Positions 19,073-29,664 of a stretch of DNA of 64,000 nt are shown in pieces. Origin of the DNA: Candidatus Acidiferrum sp. (GTDB lineage Bacteria; Acidobacteriota; Terriglobia; Acidiferrales; UBA7541). The stretch covers positions 9,340 to 73,339 of the forward strand of contig DATFTB010000100.1 in the NCBI GenBank assembly GCA_035262325.1, read 5' to 3'. A model generated the notes under the pieces. It did no database searches and had not been told where the DNA came from. It saw nothing but the letters and a program-made list of their open reading frames with translations. The translations under genes were made by a program, and so were the position numbers. Each line of letters starts with the position of its first letter. Position 1 is the first letter of the stretch.

Positions 19073-20872
19073 ATGCCACTCAAATCCTTTCTGACCCTGG
19101 TTTTGTTTTGCGCAAACTTGGCTTTGCCGTTGGGCGCTGCCGCGCAGGCTGCCGCTGAGTTTCGCGATCGCCCGGATATTCCGAAGGAATGGCCGCGCGA
19201 GCCGGTTCGGAGCGCTCACGGCATGGTGGCCAGCGACGAATTGCTCGCCTCAGAGGCTGGCGTCGAAATCCTGAAGCGCGGTGGCAACGCCGTTGACGCG
19301 GCCGTGGCCACCGCTTTTGCCTTGGCCGTGGTGGAGCCTGCCGCCGGAAACATTGGTGGCGGCGGTTTCATGCTCGTGCACCTTGCGAATGGCACGACCA
19401 ACTTCTTCGACTACCGCGAAGTGGCACCAGGCAAGGCGACCCGCGACATGTACGTCGGCCCAGACGGAAAGCTGGACAACGCTGCCTCAACCATCGGCTA
19501 CCGTTCGGTCGCGGTCCCAGGCACGGTCGCGGGGCTTGCGCTGGTCCTTAAAACGCACGGCACGATGAACCTCTCGGTTGTCATGTCCCCGGCTATCCGG
19601 CTCGCCGAGCAGGGGTTTCCAATCAGCGAGAAACTCGCACGCGAATTCGCCGAGGAGCGGCCCGGGCTACAGCGTTTCTCGATGAGCAGCCGCATTTTCC
19701 TGAATGATGGAAGGTTGTACCGCGCGGGGGACACGCTCCGCCAACCCGAGCTCGCCGCCACACTGAAACGCATCGCCAAGAACGGTCCGGCCGAATTTTA
19801 TCAAGGCCAAACCGCGCGCCTGCTGGCCGGGGATATGGCCGCGCTAGGGGGTCTCATTACCCTCGACGACCTGGCTCACTACCAGCCCAAAATTCGGGCG
19901 GTGCTTCGCGCCAATTACGCCCTGGAGGGACACCGCTGGGAAGTTCTCTCGTCCCCGCCGCCGAGTTCGGGCGGAGTAGCGGTGATCCAAGCGCTGAACA
20001 TGTTGCAAGACGTCCCGTTGAAGGGCTGGGACGACCCGCAAAGTGTTCACATGGTTGTGGAAGTCATGCGGCGCGTCTTCGCTGACCGCGCCGCGTTTCT
20101 CGCCGATCCGGACTTTTCCAATGTACCGGTCGCCGGCCTGACGAGTCCGTGCTACGCGAAAGAACTTGTGGCCACGATTGACCCCCTCCGCGCAAGTTCC
20201 AGTAAGGAGATTCACGCCGGCAATCCACACGTGTGTACGTCCGGAGTAAGCGCCAGCGTTGCTCCAAACACGGTGATCAGCCTTGGCGAGGGCCCGCACA
20301 CCACGCACTTTTCGGTGGTGGACGCTGCGGGCAACGCCGTGGCCAGCACGACCACGCTGAACGACAGCTACGGCTCGCATGTCACTTCTTCCGCGGGATT
20401 TCTGCTCAACGACGAGATGGACGATTTCACCACTCAGCCTGGCGTTCCCAACGCGCTCTTTGGGCTGATCCAGTCCGAGGCCAATACCATCGCGCCTGGC
20501 AAGCGCCCGTTGAGTTCGATGACCCCGACAATTGTGTTGCGTGACGGGCAGCTCAGCTTTGTCACGGGCTCCCCCGGAGGGCCCACCATCATTTCCGCGA
20601 CACTCCTAAGCGTTTTGAACTGGATGCGCCTCGGCATGGATGCGCAGTCGGCGATCAACGCCCCACGTTTCCACCACCAATGGTTGCCGGATCAAATCGG
20701 AATGGAAAAGCTCTTTTCGGCCGAAATGGAAGAGCAAATGAAGGAGCGAGGCTACCAGGTAAAACGGCGCGGCCACATTGGCTTGGTTAACGCCATCGGC
20801 ATCGACGTCAAGACCGGCGAGCGCTGCGGCGCCGCTGACCCGCGCGATAACGGTGCTTCCGCAGGCTATTAA
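19073..20872 (+). CDS. ggt: gamma-glutamyltransferase
   Basis: GGNAVDAAVA, DYRE, VPGTVAG, HTTHFSVVD (catalytic Thr), LSSMTP, GSPGG. Confidence 0.95.
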   Translation: MPLKSFLTLVLFCANLALPLGAAAQAAAEFRDRPDIPKEWPREPVRSAHGMVASDELLASEAGVEILKRGGNAVDAAVATAFALAVVEPAAGNIGGGGFMLVHLANGTTNFFDYREVAPGKATRDMYVGPDGKLDNAASTIGYRSVAVPGTVAGLALVLKTHGTMNLSVVMSPAIRLAEQGFPISEKLAREFAEERPGLQRFSMSSRIFLNDGRLYRAGDTLRQPELAATLKRIAKNGPAEFYQGQTARLLAGDMAALGGLITLDDLAHYQPKIRAVLRANYALEGHRWEVLSSPPPSSGGVAVIQALNMLQDVPLKGWDDPQSVHMVVEVMRRVFADRAAFLADPDFSNVPVAGLTSPCYAKELVATIDPLRASSSKEIHAGNPHVCTSGVSASVAPNTVISLGEGPHTTHFSVVDAAGNAVASTTTLNDSYGSHVTSSAGFLLNDEMDDFTTQPGVPNALFGLIQSEANTIAPGKRPLSSMTPTIVLRDGQLSFVTGSPGGPTIISATLLSVLNWMRLGMDAQSAINAPRFHHQWLPDQIGMEKLFSAEMEEQMKERGYQVKRRGHIGLVNAIGIDVKTGERCGAADPRDNGASAGY

Positions 20873-20937
20873 CCAACTGATTCTTCCGCCTTGCTTTTTT
20901 GCTGGCATCTCGCTTCCAGCCGTTAGACTGATACGTT

Positions 20938-21807
20938 ATGCAGAGAATTCTCTCGACCTATCTTTTTGTTTCGAAGAAGCTCACGCCGGAATTGCTGGCA
21001 CAAATCCACCATGCCGGTTTCCAGGCCGTTGAAATCTTCGCGGCTCGCAGTCATTTTGATTACGCGACCAATGTCGAAGTCCGCACTATGGCCCAAGCGC
21101 TCGCCGACAACCGTCTTCGGCTTAATTCACTGCACGCTCCGACCAGTCGTGATCTCAGCGTAAACCGGGAAGGTGGCAGCCCTCTCTCCGTCACTGAGGT
21201 GGAACGCGTGCGCCGCATTGAGGCCATGGATGAGCTGAAACGCGTCATCGACGTTGCCGAGATTCTCCCCTTCTCCAGAATGATTTTGCACATGGGCGGC
21301 GCTCGCGAAACGGCCGACCCGCGCAAGCGCGATGCTGCGTTCAGTTCGCTCGAGCATTTGACGCTGCACGCTCGCCATGCCGGCGTGACCATTTGCGTCG
21401 AGAACACCAACGCGGAGATGGGCGAGCCTTCCTACCTTCGGTCGTTTATCGACGAAACCCGGCTGACCGGGCTGCGCATCAATTTCGATGTCGGTCATGC
21501 CCATCTGGGTGATGGCCCAAAGACTGAACGCATCGAGAAAAGCTTCGAGCCCTTGCGCGAGCTGATCGCCGGCGCGCACATCCACGACAATCACGGTGAA
21601 AAGGACGAGCATCTGCGGCCGTACGACGGCTCCATCGACTGGGCCGCCGCTCTGAAGCTCTTGCGCTCCACGGCGGTTGGCGATTTGCCTCTCACGCTGG
21701 AAGTGAAGGAAAAGACCGGCCCGGACGCCCCGAGCGTCGCGGACCAAATCACCGCCGCCGCAAAGTCCCTCGACCGCCTCGAAGAAACATCGCATCAACC
21801 CACCTAG
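20938..21807 (+). CDS. sugar phosphate isomerase/epimerase family (AP endonuclease 2 TIM barrel)
   Basis: VEN, FDVGHAH, HIHDNHG..DEH, LE metal-ligand motifs. Confidence 0.88.
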   Translation: MQRILSTYLFVSKKLTPELLAQIHHAGFQAVEIFAARSHFDYATNVEVRTMAQALADNRLRLNSLHAPTSRDLSVNREGGSPLSVTEVERVRRIEAMDELKRVIDVAEILPFSRMILHMGGARETADPRKRDAAFSSLEHLTLHARHAGVTICVENTNAEMGEPSYLRSFIDETRLTGLRINFDVGHAHLGDGPKTERIEKSFEPLRELIAGAHIHDNHGEKDEHLRPYDGSIDWAAALKLLRSTAVGDLPLTLEVKEKTGPDAPSVADQITAAAKSLDRLEETSHQPT

Positions 21808-21888
21808 ACCCGGAACATTCGTGCACCGACAAGCGCAGCTCGCGTCAGATTGACAGGATCGTCGCGTCGCGCGCCAAGAATTTCAAGC

Positions 21889-22060
21889 GGTCAGGATTCC
21901 TCTTCGCTGGCGGTGGGCACGGGCAGTCAGCAATTATCGCTCATCAGGACGACTGCTCGTTGTAATGCGCCGAAGCAAACCGGATCGCGGCGGTAAGGTG
22001 TGCGGCATTCCCGGCGCACTCGGAAGAGGACCAAGTAATACTTCGCGCGAGTTTCTGACC
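21889..22060 (+). ncRNA. candidate structured non-coding RNA, family unknown
   Basis: Four nested helices found by eye in a ~370-bp intergenic gap (see findings). Confidence 0.4.
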
Positions 22061-22136
22061 ACCGCGGCTCAACACCTTGTACCCAAAAGCCCCAGGAGTC
22101 CGAGTGCTCTCGGATCCGTCGCGTGCGGCTGATCTT

Positions 22137-22145
22137 TGTTAAACT
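22137..22145 (+). promoter_or_regulatory. putative extended -10 promoter of asnS
   Basis: TGtTAAACT about 32 nt upstream of the ATG at 22178. Confidence 0.4.
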
Positions 22146-22177
22146 ACTTGGCTGATTCCCTACCAATAAAACTCCCT

Positions 22178-23479
22178 ATGACCACCATCACGATTGCACA
22201 GGCAGGCAAATACGACGGGCAGGAAGTAACGATCAAAGGCTGGTTATACAACCAGCGTGAATCCGGCAAGCTGCTGTTCCCTATTTTCCGCGATGGCACC
22301 GGCATCATCCAGGGCGTGTGCTCGCTGAAGGAGACACCGGAAGCTTTCGCAGCACTGAAGGGGCTCACCCAGGAATCGAGCGTCATCGTCAGCGGCAAAA
22401 TTCGCGCGGAGCAGCGAGCGCCCGGCGGCTATGAAATCGGCGTCAGCAAGATTGAGATCGTCCAAAAAGTTTCCGAAAGCACGCCTTTTCCTATTCAGCT
22501 CAAGGAGCATGGTGTCGATTTCCTGCTCGATCAGCGCCACCTGTGGATCCGCACGCCGCGTCAAGCTGCCATTCTGCGTATCCGCGCCGAAGCGATTCGC
22601 GCCGCGCGGGACTACATGGACGGCCAGGGCTACACGCTCACCGACGCGCCCATGTTTACGCCAGCGGCTTGCGAAGGCACGAGCACGCTCTTCGAAGTCA
22701 ATTACATCGACGAACAGAAGGCCTACCTCACGCAGAGTGGCCAACTCTACATCGAAGCAACCGCCATGGCTCTCGGCAAGGTCTACACGTTCGGACCGAC
22801 CTTTCGCGCGGAGAAGTCCAAGACCCGCCGCCACCTGACGGAATTCTGGATGCTCGAACCTGAGGCGGCTTATGCCGAGCTAGCCGACATGATGGACCTC
22901 GGCGAAGGCCTGGTCAGCGCCATTGTGCAGGGTGTGGTAAAAAACAGGTCAAGCGAACTCGAGACACTCAAGCGCGATATCGAGAAACTCGAAAACATCA
23001 AGCCTCCTTTCCCGCGCATCACCTACGAGGAAGCGATTGGTCTCCTAGAGAAACGTGGCAACCCCGCAAGGTTTGGCGACGATTTCGGTGGCGACGAGGA
23101 AACCATCATTTCGAACAGCTTCGAGCGGCCGGTGATCATTCATCACTACCCGGCGGCCATCAAAGCGTTCTACATGCAGCCCGACGCGGAACGCCCGGAC
23201 CTGGCGCTGTCGTTCGACATGCTGGCGCCTGAGGGCTACGGCGAGATTATCGGCGGCAGTCAGCGTATTCACGACTACGATCTGCTGCTGAAGCGCTTGA
23301 GGGAAAATCATCTGCCGGAAGACTCGTTCCAGTGGTACCTCGATCTACGCCGCTATGGCAGCGTCCCTCACTCCGGGTTTGGCCTCGGTCTTGAGCGCAC
23401 CGTCGCTTGGATTTGCGGCACCGAGCATATTCGCGAGGTGATCCCCTTCCCCCGGATGATTTACCGGGTATATCCTTAG
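22178..23479 (+). CDS. asnS: asparagine--tRNA ligase
   Basis: N-terminal OB fold; [42 protein letters not shown]. Confidence 0.97.
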   Translation: MTTITIAQAGKYDGQEVTIKGWLYNQRESGKLLFPIFRDGTGIIQGVCSLKETPEAFAALKGLTQESSVIVSGKIRAEQRAPGGYEIGVSKIEIVQKVSESTPFPIQLKEHGVDFLLDQRHLWIRTPRQAAILRIRAEAIRAARDYMDGQGYTLTDAPMFTPAACEGTSTLFEVNYIDEQKAYLTQSGQLYIEATAMALGKVYTFGPTFRAEKSKTRRHLTEFWMLEPEAAYAELADMMDLGEGLVSAIVQGVVKNRSSELETLKRDIEKLENIKPPFPRITYEEAIGLLEKRGNPARFGDDFGGDEETIISNSFERPVIIHHYPAAIKAFYMQPDAERPDLALSFDMLAPEGYGEIIGGSQRIHDYDLLLKRLRENHLPEDSFQWYLDLRRYGSVPHSGFGLGLERTVAWICGTEHIREVIPFPRMIYRVYP

Positions 23480-23534
23480 AACCGGTAGGTCTCGAGCACC
23501 GCCGATTTTTCGCAGTAGCGCCTAAAGCCAAGCA

Positions 23535-23622
23535 TGTCTTTCCGAAGGCCGCTTTTTGGCCTGAGGAATCCCACTCTGTCACTTTTCGCGAAGCGGGATT
23601 CTTCGCTTGGTTCGGAATGACA
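23535..23622. repeat. palindromic REP-like extragenic element
   Basis: TGTC-TTTCCGAA...GAGGAATCCC...GGGATTCTTC...TTCGGAA-TGACA nested inverted repeats. Confidence 0.65.
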
Positions 23623-23686
23623 CCGGTCGCTCGTAACCGCTTGCTCGGGTTTCAGCCGTCTCTGGTCAACAGTCACGGAGCCCTTC

Positions 23687-24598
23687 ATGCCTCAGAAGAT
23701 CCGCATTATCGGTGTACCCATGGACCTTGGCGCCAGCCGGCGCGGGGTCGACATGGGTCCTTCAGCACTGCGGGTTGCGGGATTGCAGGCACGCATCAAG
23801 CAGTTGGGCCACCAGGTTGAAGACATCGGCAACCTCTCCGTGAAACAGCCGGAAGAAATGCCCTACGGCGAGAAGCGCGCCAAATACATCGAGGAAATCG
23901 CCGATGCCTGCAAGGACTTGGGAACGGAGGTGCAAAAATCGCTGGAGGACGGGTATATGCCGCTGGTTCTTGGGGGAGACCATTCCATCGCGGTAGGATC
24001 GGTCAGCGGCGTTGGCGCCCACTTTCGCAAGGAGAAGAAAAGCATCGGCTGCATCTGGCTGGACGCGCACAGCGATATGAACACGCCGGAAACCTCACCG
24101 TCCGGCAACGTTCACGGCATGCCGCTTTCCGCTCTCATGGGCTACGGCACCGAGGAACTTTACGATTTATTCGGCTACAAGCCCAAAATTGAGCCGCAAA
24201 ACGTGGCCTTGGTCGGCGTGCGCGACCTGGACTCGCACGAAAAGAAGTTCATCAAGAAGCTAGGCGTGAAAGCGTTCACCATGCGCGAAATCGACGAACG
24301 GGGAATGCGTGAAGTCATGTCCGACGCGTTGAAGTATGCGATGGACGACACCGACGGAGTCGTTGTCAGCCTCGATATGGATTTTGTCGATCCTAGCGAC
24401 GCGCCCGGAGTCGGTACGCCCGTCCGCGGCGGTGTCACCTATCGCGAAGCGCATCTCGCCATGGAAATGATCGCGGACAGCGAAACCATGGTGTCCATGG
24501 AAATTGTCGAGATCAACCCGGTCATCGACGAGCACAACCGAACGGCACTGCTCGGTGTGGAACTTGTCCTCTCGGGCCTCGGCAAGAAGATCCTGTAA
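23687..24598 (+). CDS. rocF: arginase
   Basis: GGDHS, DAHSD, SGNVHGMP, SLDMDFVDP..APGVGTP, VEINP. Confidence 0.95.
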   Translation: MPQKIRIIGVPMDLGASRRGVDMGPSALRVAGLQARIKQLGHQVEDIGNLSVKQPEEMPYGEKRAKYIEEIADACKDLGTEVQKSLEDGYMPLVLGGDHSIAVGSVSGVGAHFRKEKKSIGCIWLDAHSDMNTPETSPSGNVHGMPLSALMGYGTEELYDLFGYKPKIEPQNVALVGVRDLDSHEKKFIKKLGVKAFTMREIDERGMREVMSDALKYAMDDTDGVVVSLDMDFVDPSDAPGVGTPVRGGVTYREAHLAMEMIADSETMVSMEIVEINPVIDEHNRTALLGVELVLSGLGKKIL

Positions 24599-24662
24599 GC
24601 CGCCAGCAGGTCAGAAGCGTTGACGCGATTGATCTTCCTCTCTAAACTTCTAGGGTTTTCTC

Positions 24663-25343
24663 ATGGTCACACCGTTCGCCGACCTCGACCGTGTTCCCGT
24701 CATCCGCGGGTTCCTCGACCTGCCGGCTGAGTCCAACGGAAGCGCTATCGTGCTCACTCACGGCGCGGGCTCAAATTGCCAGGCCAAGCTGCTGGTGGAA
24801 GTGTCCTCGGCGCTCGCCACATCCGGCTTCACGGTATTGCGCTTCGACCTGCCGTTTCGCTCCGCGCGCCCGCAGGGACCACCTCGTCCAGGCAGCGCTG
24901 AACGAGACCGCGAAGGTCTTCGCCGGGCCGTCTCCATCATGAGAGAGAAAACCGGCGGGCACTTGTTTCTCGGTGGGCATTCCTACGGCGGACGCCAGTC
25001 CACCATTTTGGTGGCCGAAGAGCCGGAGCTCGTTGAAGGCTTGCTGCTTCTCTCCTACCCGCTTCATCCGCCGCGAAAACCAGCCGAGCTTCGCACCACC
25101 CATTTTCCGAACCTAAGGAAGCCTTGCCTCTTTGTTCATGGCACTCGCGACCCCTTCGGCACGATCGCGGAAATGCAATCCGCGCTCGAGCTGATTCCCG
25201 GACCACACGCGCTTCTCGAAGCGGACGGAACCGGTCACGACCTGCTAGACAAGAAGGCCGTTAGCGATCTGCCGGCTCGCGTCGCAGTTGCGTTCCGGGC
25301 CTTCCTCAGCAAGGCGGCCGTCGGCCGTACGACCGCCCGCTGA
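24663..25343 (+). CDS. alpha/beta hydrolase (KANL3/Tex30-like)
   Basis: HGAG, GGHSYGGR, YPLHPP, GTRDPF, GH. Confidence 0.88.
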   Translation: MVTPFADLDRVPVIRGFLDLPAESNGSAIVLTHGAGSNCQAKLLVEVSSALATSGFTVLRFDLPFRSARPQGPPRPGSAERDREGLRRAVSIMREKTGGHLFLGGHSYGGRQSTILVAEEPELVEGLLLLSYPLHPPRKPAELRTTHFPNLRKPCLFVHGTRDPFGTIAEMQSALELIPGPHALLEADGTGHDLLDKKAVSDLPARVAVAFRAFLSKAAVGRTTAR

Positions 25344-25402
25344 TTCCGGATTTGGCAAATGGGCTCTTTCGATTCGTGGTCGGTGGTCTCGTGGTCGAGC
25401 CA

Positions 25403-25939
25403 TCAAGCGCGGGCCGCGCGCACTTGCGCGATGCGCTCGTTGAATTGTCGGGTCAGGTGCGGCACGATTCCGAGCTGCCGCTCGATCAGCATCAACTGAC
25501 CTCGGTGGTGCATCTCGTGCTCCTTCGCGCCCAGAAGTCTCTCGAAGCGAGACTTCGACGTCTTCCCGTCGGGCTCGGTCACCGTCTCGGCGAGCACTTC
25601 TGGCGTCAGGGTTTCCAACCAGGCTGCGAAATTCCCGCCCTCGGACCGCAGCAACGCAACGATTTCAGCTTTCGTTCTAGGCTTGCTCTCCTCCGCATTG
25701 AAGCGGTCGATCGCCCCTAGAAAATCGAAGTCCGCGAGCGAAGTGAGCCGCTTCTTGTGGACCTCTTCCCAGATCCGTGTGGAAATGGCAACGTGCGTCA
25801 GCATCCGCCCTACCGAGCGCACTTCCGGAGCAGCCTCGAAACTATATTTGGCCTCCGGAATGTCCTCGGCAATTTGGATGGTGTTTTTGCGCACAGTGCG
25901 AAACGCCTCTGCCAGTTCTTTTCCGCCATACCCTGTCAT
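25403..25939 (-). CDS. DinB family protein
   Basis: RSVGRMLTHV, EHEMHHRGQL. Confidence 0.9.
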   Translation of the reverse strand: MTGYGGKELAEAFRTVRKNTIQIAEDIPEAKYSFEAAPEVRSVGRMLTHVAISTRIWEEVHKKRLTSLADFDFLGAIDRFNAEESKPRTKAEIVALLRSEGGNFAAWLETLTPEVLAETVTEPDGKTSKSRFERLLGAKEHEMHHRGQLMLIERQLGIVPHLTRQFNERIAQVRAARA

Positions 25940-26215
25940 TGGATCACCTCGTCCTAGTAGTTGCCGCCAGCCGAGCGGCCTGCCGATTTCGATGCGTGGT
26001 CGGCCAGTCTCGTCACGCCCCGAGGTCCCGTTACTGGCCTGTCGAGAGCAAAATCATCGTGGGGGCGGTAGCCACTCGGCCCGGGAGAACGGACGCACAT
26101 TGTCTCTTGTCAGATAGCACAACATTGGATTATTCTCCGGCTTCAGGGCTGTCCCCGCCCAAAAACCCGCAGTTTCCTCTAGTTCCTGCGCAGCGAAACG
26201 GAAGGGAAAAAACCA

Positions 26216-28960
26216 ATGAACCCCAGCCAGAAGTCTTCTGACGATTACGTCGAGACGAACGAGCAGAAGCGGCTGAACGCGGCGCGAGAGGCAGGTATCC
26301 CGTGGAAGAAATGGGGACCGTATCTCAGCGAGAGACAGTGGGGCACGGTTCGCGAAGACTACAGCCAGGACGGGAACGCGTGGAACTATTTCACGCATGA
26401 GCAGGCACGCTCCCGCACCTATCGGTGGGGTGAGGACGGGCTGGCCGGCATCTCCGATGACAACCAGCAACTGTGTTTTGCGCTTGCCCTGTGGAACGGC
26501 CGAGATCCAATCCTAAAAGAACGTTTGTTCGGTCTGACCAACAGCGAAGGCAATCACGGCGAGGATGTCAAGGAATACTACTTCTATCTTGACAGTACAC
26601 CGACACACTCCTATATGAAGTATCTCTACAAGTACCCGCAGCAGGAATTTCCCTATCGCGACCTGCTCGAAACGAACCGGCGGCGGTCTCGGCAAGAGAT
26701 GGAGTACGAACTCCTCGATACCGGAGCGTTTGATGGCGACCGGTATTTCGATGTGCTTGTCGAGTATGCGAAGGCCGATCCGGAAGACATACTCGTCCGC
26801 ATCACCGTTCACAACCGGGGACCTGAGACAGCGGAACTTCGTCTGCTTCCGACATTGTGGTTTCGGAATACCTGGTCGTGGGACGGCAACGCCGCCAAGC
26901 CTACCCTCCGTCAAGTCGGCGAGAGAGCAGTTCTCGCTTCCCACGAAAGGCTGGGTGCTAGGACCCTAAGCTGCGAAGGAAATCCGGAATTGCTGTTTAC
27001 GGAAAACGAATCCAACGCCGCCCGCTTGTGGGGCCAAGCCAATTCTTCGCCTTATGTGAAGGACGCCTTTCACAGCTACGTCATCTCGGGCGTGCGGGAA
27101 GCCGTGAATCGAGCCAAGACCGGGACGAAAGCCGCCGCGCATTACCTCCTCGAAGTGCCCGCCGGAGGCAGCAAGGCCGTGCGCCTGCGATTAAGTGAAA
27201 AACCACCCGCTCAGCCGTTCGACCAGTTTGACGCGATCCTCGCCGCCCGCCTTGCGGACGCCGACGAGTTCTATAACCGGATCGCTCCGCATTCGCTGAA
27301 CGAGGATGAACGTCGCGTTTATCGCCAGGCGCTTGCGGGAATGCTTTGGGGCAAGCAGTACTACTATTTCGACCTGGACCGCTGGCTCGAGGAGCACAAG
27401 GCGCATCCGATGGTGGGTGCGTCAAATCGAACGACGCGCAATATGGAGTGGTTCCATATGCTGAACAGCGACGTAATCTCCATGCCCGACAAGTGGGAGT
27501 ACCCCTGGTATGCCGCATGGGATCTGGCGTTCCACACGGCCGCGCTATCGATGGTGGACTTCGACTTTGCCAAGGAGCAGCTTCTGCTCATGCTGCGGAC
27601 TCTGTACTCGCATCCCAGTGGGCAGATCCCAGCCTATGAATGGAATTTCAGCGATGTGAATCCTCCGGTGCACGCATGGGCCACGCTGTTTCTTTACAAC
27701 ATGGAAAGAGACCTGGGCCGGCCCGACATTCGCTTTCTGGAGCGGTCGTTTCAGAGCCTGATGCTCAATTTTAACTGGTGGGTCAACCGCAAAGACCCTG
27801 AGGGACGGAACGTGTTCGCGGGAGGATTTTTGGGCCTGGATAATATTGGGGTGTTCGATCGCAGTGCACCGCTCCCGCAAGGAGGACACCTCGACCAGGC
27901 GGATGGCACGGCGTGGATGGCGATCTACTGCCAGAACATGTTTGATATAGCCCTGGCCCTCTCGGAATATGACTCCGTGTATCAGGATATCGCCTACCGT
28001 TTCCTCGAACATTTCGTCTGGATTAGCTATGCGATGGACCGTATCGGGGACCAGCACAATCAGATGTGGGACCCCGAGGATGGGTTTTTCTACGACGTTC
28101 TGCGTTTGCCGAACGGCGAAGCCATGCGGCTAAAGGTCCGCTCGATGGTGGGCTTACTCCCGCTGTGCGCCGCGACGGTCTTTGAACCGGGAGTCGTGGC
28201 GCGGCATCCCCGGATGGCGGAATTGGTCGAGTTGTTCCGGAAGCGGCATCCCGACGTCGTCGAGCATATTGCCCCGGCCGACGGCAAGTTTGTCGGCTAC
28301 GCCAACCGCCGGCTCTTGTCGGTTTGCAACAAGGAAAAGCTCGAGAGGATATTGGTTTACCTGCTCGACGAAAACGAATTCTTTGGACCTTATGGCATTC
28401 GCTCCGTCTCCCGATATCACCTGGAACATCCGTTCGTGTTTCATCTCGGCGGTCAGGAATACAAAGTTCAATATCTGCCCGCGGAGTCAGACACGGGAAT
28501 GTTCGGCGGCAATTCTAATTGGCGCGGACCCGTGTGGATGCCGGTGAATTTTCTGCTGGTACGGAGTTTGCTGAATCTCTATCAGTTCTATGGCAATGAC
28601 TTCAAGGCAGAATGCCCCAAAGGCTCGGGAAAATACCTGACGTTATTCGAGATAGCCAAGGAAATTAACCGCCGGATGGCAAGCATTTTTCTCCGCGATG
28701 CGGATGGCAAGCGGCCCGTGTATGGCGGAACGAGCAAGCTTCAGGAAGATCCACACTGGAAAGACTACATTTTGTTCTACGAGTATTTCCACGGAGACAA
28801 TGGTGCGGGCCTCGGGGCCAACCACCAAACCGGCTGGACCGGCCTTATCGCGCGCGGACTTGATGTGTTCCACCGCGCTGAGCCTGCAGACTTTCTTCAG
28901 ATGTCCAGGGCCGAACTGCTGGCGAAGATGACCCGCGCACAGGTTGCGGGCTCGGGCTAG
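26216..28960 (+). CDS. MGH1-like glycoside hydrolase (GH63 glucosidase)
   Basis: WGPYLSERQWGTVREDYS, PDKWEYPWYAAWDLAFH, NWRGPVW, EYFHGD..GANHQTGWT. Confidence 0.93.
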   Translation: MNPSQKSSDDYVETNEQKRLNAAREAGIPWKKWGPYLSERQWGTVREDYSQDGNAWNYFTHEQARSRTYRWGEDGLAGISDDNQQLCFALALWNGRDPILKERLFGLTNSEGNHGEDVKEYYFYLDSTPTHSYMKYLYKYPQQEFPYRDLLETNRRRSRQEMEYELLDTGAFDGDRYFDVLVEYAKADPEDILVRITVHNRGPETAELRLLPTLWFRNTWSWDGNAAKPTLRQVGERAVLASHERLGARTLSCEGNPELLFTENESNAARLWGQANSSPYVKDAFHSYVISGVREAVNRAKTGTKAAAHYLLEVPAGGSKAVRLRLSEKPPAQPFDQFDAILAARLADADEFYNRIAPHSLNEDERRVYRQALAGMLWGKQYYYFDLDRWLEEHKAHPMVGASNRTTRNMEWFHMLNSDVISMPDKWEYPWYAAWDLAFHTAALSMVDFDFAKEQLLLMLRTLYSHPSGQIPAYEWNFSDVNPPVHAWATLFLYNMERDLGRPDIRFLERSFQSLMLNFNWWVNRKDPEGRNVFAGGFLGLDNIGVFDRSAPLPQGGHLDQADGTAWMAIYCQNMFDIALALSEYDSVYQDIAYRFLEHFVWISYAMDRIGDQHNQMWDPEDGFFYDVLRLPNGEAMRLKVRSMVGLLPLCAATVFEPGVVARHPRMAELVELFRKRHPDVVEHIAPADGKFVGYANRRLLSVCNKEKLERILVYLLDENEFFGPYGIRSVSRYHLEHPFVFHLGGQEYKVQYLPAESDTGMFGGNSNWRGPVWMPVNFLLVRSLLNLYQFYGNDFKAECPKGSGKYLTLFEIAKEINRRMASIFLRDADGKRPVYGGTSKLQEDPHWKDYILFYEYFHGDNGAGLGANHQTGWTGLIARGLDVFHRAEPADFLQMSRAELLAKMTRAQVAGSG

Positions 28961-29266
28961 CTCGTTGTTGTGCGGCACCGGCGTGTGAATCGGGCATCAC
29001 TCTTCGGTAGAGCGCACCAGAATGAGCTGGACTGCAAAGGATGTTTCCAAAGGGATCAACGAAGCTGTTAGGCGAAGCTGCTGGACCGACACAGCTGAGC
29101 TCCTTAGAAGGCTCGAAAGCCTTCTGAGCGCGTGCCTTTGGGGAGCGAAGAAGACCAGCAAAGGCGTTGTTTCATCGCAACACGTGGTAACCTATCCTTC
29201 CAGCCCGGAATGGGGAAGCCGATTTATGAAGCTCGGGAAACGCTCCCGTCGGTGCTGTCGAGAACG

Positions 29267-29650
29267 ATGCTGAACCGCGAACGAGGTGCCGTTTTGCTGG
29301 TGGCGGGACTTTTGCTGGGCGTACCTTCCCTTTGGGCGCATCACGGGTTGGCAGCGTTTGATACCAAGCACACCGTGCGAATGCAAGGGACGGTCACGAA
29401 ATTCGAATGGATCAATCCGCACGCCTATATTTATGCCGACCTGACGGACGAAAACGGCAAGGTTGCAAACTGGAAGCTGGAGATGGGGAGTCTGGGCATG
29501 CTGACGCGGTTCGGTGGCTGGACCCCGAACACGGTGAAGCCCGGAGACAAGGTGACGGTTCAGGGCTTTCGCGCGAAGGACGGCTCGCCTTACATGTCTT
29601 TAGGAAAGATTGAGCTTCCGAACGGTCAGACGCTGCTGGGGGCTCCATAG
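29267..29650 (+). CDS. DUF6152-type exported OB-fold protein
   Basis: Signal peptide ending SLWA|HHG, GTVTKFEWINPH, W..E, KPGDKVTV.G. Confidence 0.8.
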   Translation: MLNRERGAVLLVAGLLLGVPSLWAHHGLAAFDTKHTVRMQGTVTKFEWINPHAYIYADLTDENGKVANWKLEMGSLGMLTRFGGWTPNTVKPGDKVTVQGFRAKDGSPYMSLGKIELPNGQTLLGAP

Positions 29651-29664
29651 AAACGCCTGACACG

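Noticed and set aside
21941-22031. SAM-I riboswitch-like words (CTCATC...GCAAACC...AAGGTG...ATTCC...GAAGAGGAC)
   Set aside because: P1 cannot close (GAGGAC instead of GATGAG), there is no kink-turn P2, and the downstream gene is not sulfur-related.
21889-22060. Hammerhead core words CTGATGAG and GAAAC on the - strand; HDV-like look on the + strand
   Set aside because: The flanking stems needed for either ribozyme topology do not form in the required order.
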